64,000 nucleotides of DNA from an uncultured Pseudomonadota bacterium (GCA_963770835.1 CAVYRH010000026.1:64001-128000), one strand, 5' to 3'; shown: positions 9,894 through 20,355, numbered from the stretch's first letter. Notes: generated by a model not told the origin, from the letters alone. Translations and numbers: made by a program.

Positions 9894-10967
9894 TTAGAAG
9901 AGGGATAACTGGTCCGGGGAAACCGCCGCGAAGGACCGCTTTTTTCGTCCCAGGCCCTTCCCGCTTTCCATGGATAAAGATGGGGATGGAACCGGGCTTA
10001 AAGCCGGCTTCGGTTCTTCAAAGGGGGGTGGAGAAACCGGCGAAACCGCGGAGACGGGTTGGGCCTGCGGTACGGGTGAACTTTTTCCATTTCCCGGCTT
10101 GCTGGACATCCCCGGGGCGAGAGCGGCTCCGGCTTCGGCGTTCTTCTTCCGGTTTTCCACCCATTTTTGCCCGTCGGAGCAAACGGTCAGGTACTCGCAC
10201 CATTGGCAGAGCACGCCGGTCTTGGTCGGGAAGCTCTTGGACTTCTCGATCGTCTCGATCTTGGAAATGTACCTTTCCTTGAGCCGCTCGATCTCCTTGG
10301 GGTTCCTTTCCCCCACGACCTGGTCCTTCTCAAAAGCCACGAAATGCCAGATCAGCTTTACCTTTTCCTTGGGCCCATAGTTCGGGTTTTGGGCGAGGCC
10401 GACCTGGTAGAGGGCCAATTGATCCTCGGTTTTGGCGTCCTCCTCCGAAAACTTTCGCGAGCTGGTTTTGTAGTCATGGATCCAGAGGGTGCCTTCGCTG
10501 TCGCGCCCCACCCGGTCGATAAAACCCTGCATTTTGTACTCGCCCTTGGCGTCCAGCTTAAAGGCCACTCTCAGCTCAATGCCCTCGGTTTGGTCCTGGT
10601 CGAATGGATGATATTGGTGGTAATAGTTCTCGGTGAAAAGCAGGCCTTTCTGGAAGTAATCCTCCACCGTGGGACCCTCCTGCACGATCCGCAGGGGTTC
10701 CTTGAAACCCTTCTCTTTTTGCTTTTGAAGGGCGCCCTGAAAATGGGCGCCCCAGTGTTTTTTAAAGTAATCCACGAGTTCGTTCACGGTGGGTATCCGC
10801 AGGGGGATTTGCTGGTAGAGAAATTCCATTGTCTCATGGAAACGGGAACCCAGGAAAAGCTCGATCCCCTCCGGGGCCGGGGAAGGACGCCGCTCGATGT
10901 AGCGGAACTGGAATTGGGCGGGGCAGGTAAAGAAGGTGTTGATGCGGGAGTAAGAATAAATCGGCAT
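9894..10967 (-). CDS. Stand-alone PD-(D/E)XK (RecB/AddB-like) nuclease with Fe-S cysteines and a C-terminal beta-clamp motif
   Basis: SYSRINTFFTCP, GFIDRV, IHDYKT, QLALY, CQWCEYLTVC; Pro/Ser-rich tail ending DQLSLF. Confidence 0.88.
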   Translation of the reverse strand: MPIYSYSRINTFFTCPAQFQFRYIERRPSPAPEGIELFLGSRFHETMEFLYQQIPLRIPTVNELVDYFKKHWGAHFQGALQKQKEKGFKEPLRIVQEGPTVEDYFQKGLLFTENYYHQYHPFDQDQTEGIELRVAFKLDAKGEYKMQGFIDRVGRDSEGTLWIHDYKTSSRKFSEEDAKTEDQLALYQVGLAQNPNYGPKEKVKLIWHFVAFEKDQVVGERNPKEIERLKERYISKIETIEKSKSFPTKTGVLCQWCEYLTVCSDGQKWVENRKKNAEAGAALAPGMSSKPGNGKSSPVPQAQPVSAVSPVSPPPFEEPKPALSPVPSPSLSMESGKGLGRKKRSFAAVSPDQLSLF

Positions 10968-11019
10968 GGACTAATTATAAACAACCCCGATGTAAAAACA
11001 GCCCTTTTTACCCAAAATT

Positions 11020-11490
11020 TTAATTAAGTCTTTGGATCAGGTGGCAGATGCCGTCGGCCAGGTAAAGCTGCAACTGCGCCTTGCGGTCCGACCAGACATA
11101 AACCTGGCCGTCCCAGCGGCGGTGATAGGAAGGCTCCCAAAGCTTCTTCGTCCAGTTTTCCAGCAGTTCCTTTTCCTTGGCCTCGGTCATGCTGGATTGG
11201 TAGCGCCATTCCACCTGGTGAAGGATTTTGGTCCTGGTATCGAAAAAAAAGTAAAGGCCGGTAACGGCCGGGTCGTGGCTGATGCCGCGGTAGACGATGT
11301 CCGAACCGGTGCTCATGGCTTCGTCCACCAGAAGGGGCTTGTCGGAGTAGAGGAACCATTGCTGCTTGATGTCCTCCAGGGAAGAACCCAGGGTCAGGTC
11401 CTCCACCACCTGCAGCTTGGAAAGGCCGCGGTCCGCCAGGTTGCAGCCCGCGAGGAATAAAAATAAAGATAGGGTGGCCAGTCGGCGCAT
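11020..11490 (-). CDS. Hypothetical lipoprotein
   Basis: MRRLATLSLFLFLAGC lipoprotein signal from ATG 11490. Confidence 0.7.
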   Translation of the reverse strand: MRRLATLSLFLFLAGCNLADRGLSKLQVVEDLTLGSSLEDIKQQWFLYSDKPLLVDEAMSTGSDIVYRGISHDPAVTGLYFFFDTRTKILHQVEWRYQSSMTEAKEKELLENWTKKLWEPSYHRRWDGQVYVWSDRKAQLQLYLADGICHLIQRLN

Positions 11491-11674
11491 GCCGACCTTT
11501 TTTCGTGAAGCGAGGGGACAAAGAGGTCGGTATAGCACCGATTTCATTGTTGGAATTGTCAAAAATGAGAATCGGCGCATGAAATTTCCACCTCCGCGAA
11601 AAAACATCATACCTCTTTTTTCCACCATGGGCTTTTGTTAAAGTGACGCCTCGCCCGACACCCAAAGGAAAGCC

Positions 11675-13408
11675 ATGACCCTCTTGAACCCCCAAACCTT
11701 GCCGCACGATTTTCCCCGTCGTTACGTCCCACAAGGCACCGACTTAGGCCGTTGGGATTCGGTAGAACCTCTCTTTAAAGAACTGGAAGACCGGCCCCTT
11801 CGTTCACCGGACGACCTGAAAAAGTGGCTTGATGACATGGGCGAGTTTTACGACTGTCTCAACGAAGAAGGCTCCCTCCGCTATATCCGCATGACCTGCA
11901 AGACGGATGATCCCGAAATCGAAAAAGCATACCTGGATTACCTCGAAAAGGTCTCCGAGCCCAGCAAGCCCCGCTTCTTCGCCTTGTCCAAAAAATACTG
12001 GGACTGCCCTTTCCGGAGATCCCTCCCCGAAAAGGAATTTTTTCTCTTCAACCGATCGGTCGAAAACGATTTGGCCCTCTACCGGGAGGAAAACATCCCC
12101 CTGGAAACGGAAGTCGAGAAGCTTTCCCAGCAATTCCAGAAACTCAGCGGTTCCATGATGGTGAATTACGACGGCCAAGAGCAGACCCTCCAGCAAATGG
12201 GCCGCTATTTGGAACTGCCCGACCGGAAAAAAAGGGAGGAAGCCTGGCGCCTCAGCGGGGAACGCCGCTTGAAAGAGAAGGACAACTTCGAGGACTTATT
12301 CGACCAAATGCTGAAAATCCGCGTGCAAACCGCCCAGAACGCCGGCTTCGGCAATTACCGCGATTACGCTTTTAAGCGCAAGGAACGCTTTGATTACGGT
12401 CCCGCCGATTGCGAGGCCTTCCATGAATGCGCCGAGAAGGCCATCAAACCCTTGGTGGCCAAGATCCAGGAAAAACGCCGCAAAAAAATGGGCCTTCCGG
12501 CGCTACGCCCCTGGGACCTTTTGGTGGACCCGGAGGGGCTTGCCCCCTTGAAGCCATTCGAAAAGGCCGAAGACCTTATCGGGAAATGCCAAACCATCCT
12601 TTCGAAAATAGATCCCAATTTTGGGAAAAACTTAGCGACCATGAAAAACCTGGGCCTATTGGACCTGGAATCCCGCAGGGGCAAGGCGCCCGGCGGGTAC
12701 CAGAGTGATTTATCCGAGGTCCGCATCCCCTTTATCTTCGCGAACGCCGTGGGCCTGGACCACGATGTGCGCACCCTTCTGCATGAAAGCGGCCATGCCA
12801 TGCACAGTTTCGCCACCCGGAACATCGCCTTCTCCGCCTACCGGCACGCGCCGATGGAATTCTGCGAAGTGGCCTCCATGAGCATGGAATTGATGGCCGA
12901 TCCCTACCTCGGCGAGTTTTACGCCGATGCGAAGGAGGCCGCCCGTTCCACCATTAGGCACCTGGAGGACGTGATCGTGCTCTTGCCCTGGATCGCCACC
13001 GTGGACGCCTTCCAGCATTGGATCTACACCCATCCGGACCATAGCCGGAAAGAAAGGGCCGATTATTGGCTGGAGCTGCGCAAACGCCTGGGAGGCATTG
13101 AGGATTGGAGCGGCCTAGAGGAAGTGCAAGCCCACTTGTGGCACCGCCAATTGCACATCTTCGAATATCCCTTTTATTACATCGAATACGGCATCGCCCA
13201 ACTGGGCGCGCTTCAGGTTTGGAAGAATTTTCGGAAAGATAAGAGCGAGGGAGTCCGGCTTTACAAGCAGGGGCTTTCCGTGGGCGGAACCCAGATTTTA
13301 CCTGAAATTTTCAAATCCGCCGGTATCCGGTTTGACTTTAGCCTGAAAATGATCGAGCCGTTGATGAAGGAAGTGGAACAGGAATTGGAAAGCCTTGATC
13401 GTAATTAA
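11675..13408 (+). CDS. pepF: M3 family oligoendopeptidase (PepF-like)
   Basis: HESGH zinc motif, GKAPGGY, EVASMSMEL, PFYYIEYGIAQLGALQ. Confidence 0.92.
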   Translation: MTLLNPQTLPHDFPRRYVPQGTDLGRWDSVEPLFKELEDRPLRSPDDLKKWLDDMGEFYDCLNEEGSLRYIRMTCKTDDPEIEKAYLDYLEKVSEPSKPRFFALSKKYWDCPFRRSLPEKEFFLFNRSVENDLALYREENIPLETEVEKLSQQFQKLSGSMMVNYDGQEQTLQQMGRYLELPDRKKREEAWRLSGERRLKEKDNFEDLFDQMLKIRVQTAQNAGFGNYRDYAFKRKERFDYGPADCEAFHECAEKAIKPLVAKIQEKRRKKMGLPALRPWDLLVDPEGLAPLKPFEKAEDLIGKCQTILSKIDPNFGKNLATMKNLGLLDLESRRGKAPGGYQSDLSEVRIPFIFANAVGLDHDVRTLLHESGHAMHSFATRNIAFSAYRHAPMEFCEVASMSMELMADPYLGEFYADAKEAARSTIRHLEDVIVLLPWIATVDAFQHWIYTHPDHSRKERADYWLELRKRLGGIEDWSGLEEVQAHLWHRQLHIFEYPFYYIEYGIAQLGALQVWKNFRKDKSEGVRLYKQGLSVGGTQILPEIFKSAGIRFDFSLKMIEPLMKEVEQELESLDRN

Positions 13409-13447
13409 ATCCTCCGATGACTATTCCAGAAAGCTAGGAGGGATGGA

Positions 13448-14344
13448 ATGAAATTTCGAACCGGAGTGTTTGTGGTTTTGTGCTGGACGTTGGGTTGGGG
13501 CGGGGCCCGGGCCCAGGAGGCCTCCCCTGCGCCCGAATCCGCCATGGCCACCCTGCCGAAGCCGGCTCATATCGTCCTGGTCATGGAGGAGAACCGGAGT
13601 TTCGATGAAATCCTGGGTCCCCAAGGCAAGAAGTCCCAGCCTTTTCTCAACCGCCTGGCCGAGGAAGGGGCCAATATGATGAAATCCTTCGCGGTGGGCC
13701 ACGACAGTGAGATGAACTACATGGCCCTTTTTTCCGGCGACCCCTACACCCAATTCAAGACGGAGAAGGACAATTGCCCCGTGGACGTGGGCAACGCCCC
13801 CAACATGGCAGCCTCCCTCCTGGCGGCGGGTTACGGCTTCGCGGCTTACTCCGAGGACCTGCCCTCCATGGGCGCTACTGTCTGCCGGTCGGGAAAATAT
13901 GTCCGTAAGCACTGCCCTTGGGTCAATTTCCAGGTGGGTGGCAATGTGCCGGTGACCTGCAACCTGCCTTTCACCGCATTCCCCAAAGATTTCAGCGCCC
14001 TGCCCACGGTGGCCTGGGTGGTTCCCAACAAGAACAACGACATGCACGACGGCACGCCCCAACAAGGGGACGCCTGGCTGAAAGAAAACCTGGCCGCCTA
14101 TGTGGATTGGTGCAAAGATCCTTCTAACAACAGCCTCCTTATCATCCAATGGGATGAGGACGACAAGAAGACTTCAGCCAACCAGATCCCCACGATTTTT
14201 TACGGTGGATTGGTACACCCAGGAAAATACAAAGAAACCATCAACCATTACAGCGTCCTTCGAACCCTGCTGGACATGTACGGCATCCCGTCCATGGGCA
14301 AGGCGGCGGAAGCGGCGCCGATCACGGATATCTTCAGGAAGTAG
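13448..14344 (+). CDS. Secreted phosphoesterase / acid phosphatase (SapM-like)
   Basis: Signal peptide; HIVLVMEENRS, YVRKHCPW, NDMHDG, WDED, INHYSVLRT. Confidence 0.85.
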   Translation: MKFRTGVFVVLCWTLGWGGARAQEASPAPESAMATLPKPAHIVLVMEENRSFDEILGPQGKKSQPFLNRLAEEGANMMKSFAVGHDSEMNYMALFSGDPYTQFKTEKDNCPVDVGNAPNMAASLLAAGYGFAAYSEDLPSMGATVCRSGKYVRKHCPWVNFQVGGNVPVTCNLPFTAFPKDFSALPTVAWVVPNKNNDMHDGTPQQGDAWLKENLAAYVDWCKDPSNNSLLIIQWDEDDKKTSANQIPTIFYGGLVHPGKYKETINHYSVLRTLLDMYGIPSMGKAAEAAPITDIFRK

Positions 14345-14369
14345 GCCGGACCCTAACCCCTACCGGTTC

Positions 14370-15104
14370 CTACAACTTCAGTGATAGTTCCAAGGTTCCG
14401 GGGCCAGCCGAGATCTTCACGTCCTTGGGCGCATATACTACCGCATTGCCGATCACAATCCCCAAGGTGGCACCCGCGATCGTGTCAGACAGGTAATGGT
14501 GATAGCCCTCCACCCGGGAAAAGGCCGTCACCGTACCCAGGACGTAGGCTTCCACCCCCGCCTGCAAGCCCCAATATTTCATGACGACGGGAGCGATGCA
14601 AAAAGCCGTGATGCTGTGCCCCGAGGGGAAGGAAAGATTGTTGGAGCCGTCGGGCCGCTCCCGCCCCACGGGATATTTCAAGGCCGTCACCACCACTGTG
14701 GCGTCCACAAGGGCTTCGGCGGCGTCCCGGCCGAATTCCTGGACTTTCAGATTGTTCGTCAGGGAGCCGATGCCCCAACTTCCCAGGGCCGCGCCGCCTT
14801 CCACCCATCCTTCACCGTAAAAGTCGCCGAAGTTAAAAATAGGCTGGGTGTGCCAGCCTTGGAGATAGGCGGCTAAAGCATCCTGGTGGTCCAGGGTCGT
14901 CCAATCCAGGGCTGTGGCGACGCTTCCCACGGCAAAAGGGGCAATATTGTCACTGGTGAAAAGGTTCGGCAGGTCATCGACGAGCTTGACGGGAAAATGG
15001 GCTAGGGAAGTGTCCGAATCCGGCGAGGTCCAGTCCCCACCCCAAGCCGGCGATAAAAAGAGAAAAATCAGTAAGGCCGGAAGAAGGGTTCTGCCGTTCA
15101 GCAA
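14370..15104 (-). CDS. PAP2-family phosphatase
   Basis: KYPVGRERP, SFPSGH, SRVEGYHHYLSD motifs. Confidence 0.85.
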   Translation of the reverse strand: MLNGRTLLPALLIFLFLSPAWGGDWTSPDSDTSLAHFPVKLVDDLPNLFTSDNIAPFAVGSVATALDWTTLDHQDALAAYLQGWHTQPIFNFGDFYGEGWVEGGAALGSWGIGSLTNNLKVQEFGRDAAEALVDATVVVTALKYPVGRERPDGSNNLSFPSGHSITAFCIAPVVMKYWGLQAGVEAYVLGTVTAFSRVEGYHHYLSDTIAGATLGIVIGNAVVYAPKDVKISAGPGTLELSLKL

Positions 15105-15598
15105 ACTTGGTCGTTTTTGGAGGAAATTCCGGGTTTGAATTTCTTATATGCCCAAACGCCCACCCCGATTCCAATAACGGTCGCGAAGGCGATCAGTTTG
15201 CCCTCGCCGATTTGGGTCAGGGAGGTTCCAGGGCAGGTCCCGGCCAAGGCCCATCCGGCCCCGAAAAGGAAGGCTCCCGCCAGGCGGTTGGGATCCCACT
15301 TCAGGGGTTCCAAATCCAGCTTTTGGCCGGAATAGTCCTTGTTTCCACCGCGCCGTAGGAGGAAAAGGCCCAGGCTGACCACGGCCACCGCTACCAGGAT
15401 CACGCCGTACAACTGGAACTCACGGCAGCGGAACATGGCGACGATGCTGTCGTAATCCGTGGCGCGGGACTTGGAGAGGAAATAACCGAAAAGAATCCCG
15501 AAGGCGATGTAGGGAAAGGCGTTTTCGGTGGCCGAAACCTTGGAGGACTTCCGGCGGGTTAATTTAGGTGCCGCTTTACGGGATTTACGAAGGGCCAT
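15098..15598 (-). CDS. YeeE/YedE family sulfur-compound transporter subunit
   Basis: GILFG, LFGAGWALAGTCPG. Confidence 0.85.
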   Translation of the reverse strand: MALRKSRKAAPKLTRRKSSKVSATENAFPYIAFGILFGYFLSKSRATDYDSIVAMFRCREFQLYGVILVAVAVVSLGLFLLRRGGNKDYSGQKLDLEPLKWDPNRLAGAFLFGAGWALAGTCPGTSLTQIGEGKLIAFATVIGIGVGVWAYKKFKPGISSKNDQVC

Positions 15599-16128
15599 TA
15601 GAACACCGCCTTATAAAGGATATTGGTCACCAGGATTCCCGCCGCCAGGAAGGCGAGGGTGGCCAGGATGGACATCTTACTGCCCAGGGAAACCCCCATG
15701 ATGGTGTTGCCGCTGGTGCAGCCACCCGCCCACCGGGCACCGAAACCGATCAGGAACCCACTCACCAACAGCCAAAGGATCTTGTAAATCAAGCTTCCAA
15801 AAGTGATTCCGTCCAATTGGCCGTAAAGCCAGGTCCAGCTCCAATGGCCGATATTGGCCAGGAGGCCGCCCAAGGGGAGGCCCAGGATGAACCAAAGCTT
15901 CCAGTTGGAAGGGGAAAGCTGGAAAGCGGAGTCCTTCGTGACGATGGAACAGGCGTCCTCAAATCCGCCGGTCACCCCTAGGCGTTTTCCCGTGAACCAA
16001 GCCAGCCCCACCGCCGTCAACCCCAGCCCCAAGCCGGCGGCCCACCAGGACCAGGTTTGGGAGAAAAGCAGATGGGACAAATTTTCCAGGAAAACCTGGA
16101 AATGAGAGGGTTGTGCCGCTGGGTTCAA
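15598..16128 (-). CDS. YeeE/YedE family sulfur-compound transporter subunit
   Basis: LIGFGARWAGGCTSG; coupled to the next gene by a one-base overlap. Confidence 0.85.
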   Translation of the reverse strand: MNPAAQPSHFQVFLENLSHLLFSQTWSWWAAGLGLGLTAVGLAWFTGKRLGVTGGFEDACSIVTKDSAFQLSPSNWKLWFILGLPLGGLLANIGHWSWTWLYGQLDGITFGSLIYKILWLLVSGFLIGFGARWAGGCTSGNTIMGVSLGSKMSILATLAFLAAGILVTNILYKAVF

Positions 16129-16244
16129 TTGAGACCTCCTTCAAGAGATTGCGCCCATTGTACCGCGATTTCAAAAACGTCCAACAAAAAGGCTTTCACC
16201 ATGGACTGGTTGCGCCAAGGGGGACCAATTTTAGATTAGAATCT

Positions 16245-17166
16245 TCAGAAATTGAAATCCCCAAATTTGTGGCCCGTGACGCGCTCGTAGGCTTCCACGT
16301 ATTTTTCACGGGTTTTAACGACAATTTCCTCGGGCAAGACCGGACCGGGCGGGGTCTTGTTCCAATCCTTCAGGGTCTCCAAGTAGTCCCGCACGAACTG
16401 CTTATCGAAGCTCTTTTGGGAGACGCCTTCTTTGTATTCATCCTTGGGCCAGAAACGGGAGGAGTCGGGGGTCATTACCTCGTCGATGAGGATGAGATGG
16501 CCGTTCAAAAGGCCGAATTCAAACTTGGTATCGGCGATGATGATGCCCTTGGCGTCCGCCAGATCCCGGCCCCGTTTGTAGACATCCAAGCTCACTTCCC
16601 TCACCTTTTCGGCCAGGCCGTCATCCTTCAGGATCTTTTTCATCTCCTCGAAGGAAATATTGACGTCGTGCCCCTGCTCCGCCTTAGTGGAGGGTGTAAA
16701 GATGGGTTCGGGAATGCGGGAGGATTCCACCAGGCCCTGGGGCAGGTCGATGCCGCAGACTTTGCCTGTCTTCTGGTATTCCTTCAGGCCCGAGCCGGTC
16801 AAGTATCCCCGTACAATGCATTCGGCGGGAAGGGGCTTGGCTTTTTTGACGATCATGGAGCGGTGGATGAGCTGGTCCTTGGCTTTCTGGAAGGGTTCGG
16901 GCAGGGTGGATATGTCGGTGGAAAGGACGTGGTTGGGGATGACGCCCTCCACCATGTTTGAACCAATAGCTGGAAATCTGGTTCAACACCACCCCTTTGT
17001 CGGGGATGCCGTTGGGCATGATCACGTCGAAGGCCGAAATGCGGTCGGTGACCACGATCAACAGCTTGTCGCCCAGGTCGTAAATGTCCCGCACCTTGCC
17101 GCGTTTGGGCGCGGGCACGCCGGGTATGTTCGTCTGCAAAACAACAGGGGATTGGGTCACGGACAT
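16245..17166 (-). pseudogene. purC: SAICAR synthetase split by a one-base frameshift (possible sequencing error)
   Basis: N-part [16 protein letters not shown] in ORF 16684..17166; C-part [33 protein letters not shown] in ORF 16245..16955; extra base in TTC AAA C ATG at 16956-16959. Confidence 0.9.
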
Positions 17167-17167
17167 T

Positions 17168-18133
17168 TCACTTCTCCTGTTTTTGAGTTTGTAACCATTT
17201 CACGTACTTCGCCACGCCTTCCTCCACCGGAAGGAAGGATTCGGAATAACCCGCTTTCTTCATCTTCCCCATCTCCGCTTGGGTGAAATACTGGTAACCG
17301 GCGCGGAACTTCTCCGGTGTATCCACCCATTCAATTTTAGGTTCCTTACCCACGGCCTTGAACAGGGCTTTGGAAACATCCACGAAAGTCCGGGCCTGTC
17401 CCGTGCCGCAGTTGTAGATGCCGGAGGGCGGGTTCTTTTCCAGGCAGAAGAGGCAGAGCTTCACGATGTCGTCCACGAAGATAAAATCCCGTTTTTGCTC
17501 GCCGTCCTTGATCCCTTCCTTATGGGAACGGAAAAGGGTCTGTTTCCCCGTTTTCAAGATCTCACAGAAGCCGTGGAACACCGGCGAGGCCATGCGACCC
17601 TTGTGGTTCTCATCCATGCCGTAAACGTTGAAAAACTTGAGCCCATACCAGCGGGGCGGGGCGGCTTTCTGCGCCAAGGCCCAAAGATCAAATTCATGCT
17701 TGCTCTTGCCGTAAACGTTCAGGGGTTTGTATTGGGAGGTCTCCTTATGGTCGTCCGAATAGCCTTCCTCACCTTTTCCATAGGTGGCGCCGCTGGAGGC
17801 GTAGATGAGAGGGATTTTCCTCTCCGCGCACCACTGCCAGAGAACCTTGGTGTAGTCGGTGTTCATCTTCCACATATAGGCCTGATCGTGGTTGCCCGTG
17901 TCGGTGCAGGCGCCCAGGTGAATGACCGCGGTAATGTTTTGGAGGCGGGGTAATTCCACTAGCAGGTTCTCACGGTCAATAAAGGGAAGGGATTCTAGCC
18001 CTTTCACGCAAGAACGGTTATCGCGGTATTCAGGCTTGTCGACGAGAAGAAGGTCCTTTTGCCCTTTTTCCAAAAGGGTATGGGCCAAGCGGGCGCCGAT
18101 GAAGCCATAGGCGCCGGTTAAAAGTAGGGTCAT
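17168..18133 (-). CDS. hldD: ADP-L-glycero-D-manno-heptose 6-epimerase
   Basis: [61 protein letters not shown]. Confidence 0.92.
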   Translation of the reverse strand: MTLLLTGAYGFIGARLAHTLLEKGQKDLLLVDKPEYRDNRSCVKGLESLPFIDRENLLVELPRLQNITAVIHLGACTDTGNHDQAYMWKMNTDYTKVLWQWCAERKIPLIYASSGATYGKGEEGYSDDHKETSQYKPLNVYGKSKHEFDLWALAQKAAPPRWYGLKFFNVYGMDENHKGRMASPVFHGFCEILKTGKQTLFRSHKEGIKDGEQKRDFIFVDDIVKLCLFCLEKNPPSGIYNCGTGQARTFVDVSKALFKAVGKEPKIEWVDTPEKFRAGYQYFTQAEMGKMKKAGYSESFLPVEEGVAKYVKWLQTQKQEK

Positions 18134-18181
18134 GCAACATCCTTGAAAACCTTGGAATTAAAGGAGGCATTATAAACAGCC

Positions 18182-18286
18182 AGTTTTGAATTATGAATTC
18201 TTAATTATGAATTATGGATTTTTTCAGCCGAAGTTCGGCTGAAAAACGACCACAATTTAAAATTCAACATTCCAAATTTATAATTC
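18182..18286. repeat. Inverted heptamer arrays around a perfect hairpin
   Basis: (aattatg)-like units, then tttttcagccgaa-g-ttcggctgaaaaa, then (cataatt)-like units. Confidence 0.75.
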
Positions 18287-18297
18287 CGGGATTGATT

Positions 18298-19434
18298 TTA
18301 AATCCCGGCAACCGGGTGGGGGGAACGGTCCAAGGCGAAGGGGGTTAAATCCAGCGAAGGCCTTTCGCCCAAGAGCGCCTGGGACATTAATTCACCCGTC
18401 ACCGCCGAAAGCAGGATGCCGTGCGTGAAATGTCCTGTGGCTAAAAACAGCCATTCCATTCCGGGCACCTGTCCCAAATAAGGCCAGCCGTCCACCGAGC
18501 CGGGCCGCAGTCCCGCCCAAGTGTCCTCGATCAGCTGTTGGGAGAGGCCCGGCAGCAGCTTCGCCGCGCCGGTCTTTAATTTTTCCATGCCCTCCGGCGT
18601 GGTGGCTTTGTCAAAGCCCGCGTCCTCCAGGGTGCTTCCCACGTATATATGGCCGTCCCGCCGGGGGACGATGTAGATAAAGGTCTTTTGGATTCCGGTG
18701 AAAAGGATATGACGGAGGGTTTGGGGAGCCGCCCGGAACATGACCACTTGGCCCCGGAAAGGTTTCGTCGCCAAGCGGAGGCCCAGTTTTTCGGCGAGAA
18801 GGCCGGACCAGGCGCCGGAAGCCACCACGACGGCGTCTCCCTCCAGAACCCCCTTGGAAGTCCTGACGCCGGTGACCTGGCGGCCCTTGACCAGGAAATC
18901 CTCCACCGCCTCCAATTCCCTCAATTCCACTTTTCCTTTTTGGAGAACTTGCAGCAAGGCCCGGGTCAATCGGGGTGAACGGACTTGCCGGGTTTCCTTG
19001 AGGTAAAAGGCCGATTGGATTTTGGGAGAAAGACCGGGTTCCCTTTGGGCGGCCTGGGAGGGAGTGATCCATTCTCCCGAAAGGCCGAAGGTTTTAAGGT
19101 TACCCTCCATCCGGTGGATCGCGGTCTCTTCTTCCCCGTTGAAGGCCAGGTCCAGGCTGCCCGAATCCAGCAGTTCGGGGTCCACACCGCTTTCCTTCTT
19201 GAGCCGCGCGGCCCATTCGGGGAAAAGGTCGTAGGATTTTTTGCAAAGGCTGAAAAAGGCGCCGCCCACGCCGGAGGCGCTTCGCAGGTCCAGGTAACCG
19301 GCGCCCGCCCAGGAAGCCTCCCGCGCGAAGGGGCCCTTCTCCACCACCACGGGCTCCAGGCCCCGGCGCAGGCAATGTTCGGCGATGGAAAGGCCGATCA
19401 CACCCCCGCCCACGATGATGACTCGACGGCCCAA
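18298..19434 (-). CDS. thiO: Glycine oxidase
   Basis: IVGGGVIG, EASWAGAG, WAGLRPGS.DGWP.LG, ATGHFTHGILL; start is TTG 19434 or 19452. Confidence 0.85.
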   Translation of the reverse strand: MGRRVIIVGGGVIGLSIAEHCLRRGLEPVVVEKGPFAREASWAGAGYLDLRSASGVGGAFFSLCKKSYDLFPEWAARLKKESGVDPELLDSGSLDLAFNGEEETAIHRMEGNLKTFGLSGEWITPSQAAQREPGLSPKIQSAFYLKETRQVRSPRLTRALLQVLQKGKVELRELEAVEDFLVKGRQVTGVRTSKGVLEGDAVVVASGAWSGLLAEKLGLRLATKPFRGQVVMFRAAPQTLRHILFTGIQKTFIYIVPRRDGHIYVGSTLEDAGFDKATTPEGMEKLKTGAAKLLPGLSQQLIEDTWAGLRPGSVDGWPYLGQVPGMEWLFLATGHFTHGILLSAVTGELMSQALLGERPSLDLTPFALDRSPHPVAGI

Positions 19435-19511
19435 GGCTTGTCTCCCTGGCAAGGATTTTGGAAAAAGATATTATAACGGTCCTGTTTAAAGAGGCCGTCT
19501 TTCATCCCAAT

Positions 19512-19544
19512 AAAAAAGCCTTCCCCCGGATGGAGGAAGGCTTT
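19512..19544 (-). terminator. Rho-independent terminator
   Basis: aaaaaagccttcc-cccggatgga-ggaaggcttt. Confidence 0.75.
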
Positions 19545-19565
19545 AAGAAATCCGGAAACGGCTGG

Positions 19566-20195
19566 TTAGTTACCGGTCGTAGTCGCCGCGCCGCCTGCCG
19601 GGGGAGTATCCCCACCGGTGGTGCCGCCGGGCGTTTTCCCGCCTCCGGTGGCGGAGGGAGGTTGCAGGAAAGCGTAAGCGCGGATGGCCCGGGCTTTCCA
19701 GCCCTTGCCGCCACGGTTCACCATAACGCTGTAAACGTGGATGTTCATGGGGCCTGCGGCGTTTCCATCGGGATTCTTCATGCCGGTCACGGTGGAGGTG
19801 CAATCCACCAAGGCAAGGTTGTTCATCACCCAGACGAAGCTGAAATCACTGAAAGCCTGAGTGGTCCCACTCATCGGGCCAGCCAAGTCGGCGGCGATGA
19901 CCTTTTGGACTCCCGCCATGCCCTGGCCTTCCGTTCCCATGGGGTTGATCAAGGTAGCGTCTGAAGTAAAGAAAGAGGCAATGGTCGTGGCATCGCCGGA
20001 AGCCCAGGCCGTGGCAAAGTCCGAAAAGGCCTGTTGGATGCCCGCTTCATCGCCGCCAGCCATGTGGACCTTGGCCTTCTTCGCCGGCGCGGAAGCGGGG
20101 GCGTCCCCAGCAGCGGGGGTTGAGGCTTGGTCCTGGGCTAAAAGCGGGGTGGAGAACAACAACAAGATTGCGGCAACAGCCAAAATTTTCTTCAT
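19566..20195 (-). CDS. Secreted NTF2-like (SgcJ/EcaC, DUF4440) protein
   Basis: Signal peptide; F..AW..GDA..IASFFTSDATLINP.G motif. Confidence 0.75.
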   Translation of the reverse strand: MKKILAVAAILLLFSTPLLAQDQASTPAAGDAPASAPAKKAKVHMAGGDEAGIQQAFSDFATAWASGDATTIASFFTSDATLINPMGTEGQGMAGVQKVIAADLAGPMSGTTQAFSDFSFVWVMNNLALVDCTSTVTGMKNPDGNAAGPMNIHVYSVMVNRGGKGWKARAIRAYAFLQPPSATGGGKTPGGTTGGDTPPAGGAATTTGN

Positions 20196-20355
20196 AAAAT
20201 ACGTCTCCTTCGTTCCCTAAGGATGAAAACGGGCACATTATCCCTGCCCTTTCCGGCATCGTCAACTTTTCTCAAGGGTGATCATAGGGGTATTGATCCT
20301 CCCGGCCCGCCGATATACTAACAACCCCAGGTCATGGATTAACTCGGAGGCTTTC

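Noticed and set aside
9894..10967. Cas4 / CRISPR-Cas locus
   Set aside because: The Fe-S PD-(D/E)XK fold is Cas4-like, but there is no cas1/cas2 and no repeat-spacer array in the window
16245..17166. Programmed ribosomal frameshift in purC
   Set aside because: No canonical slippery heptamer, and I know of no such mechanism for purC; an indel is simpler
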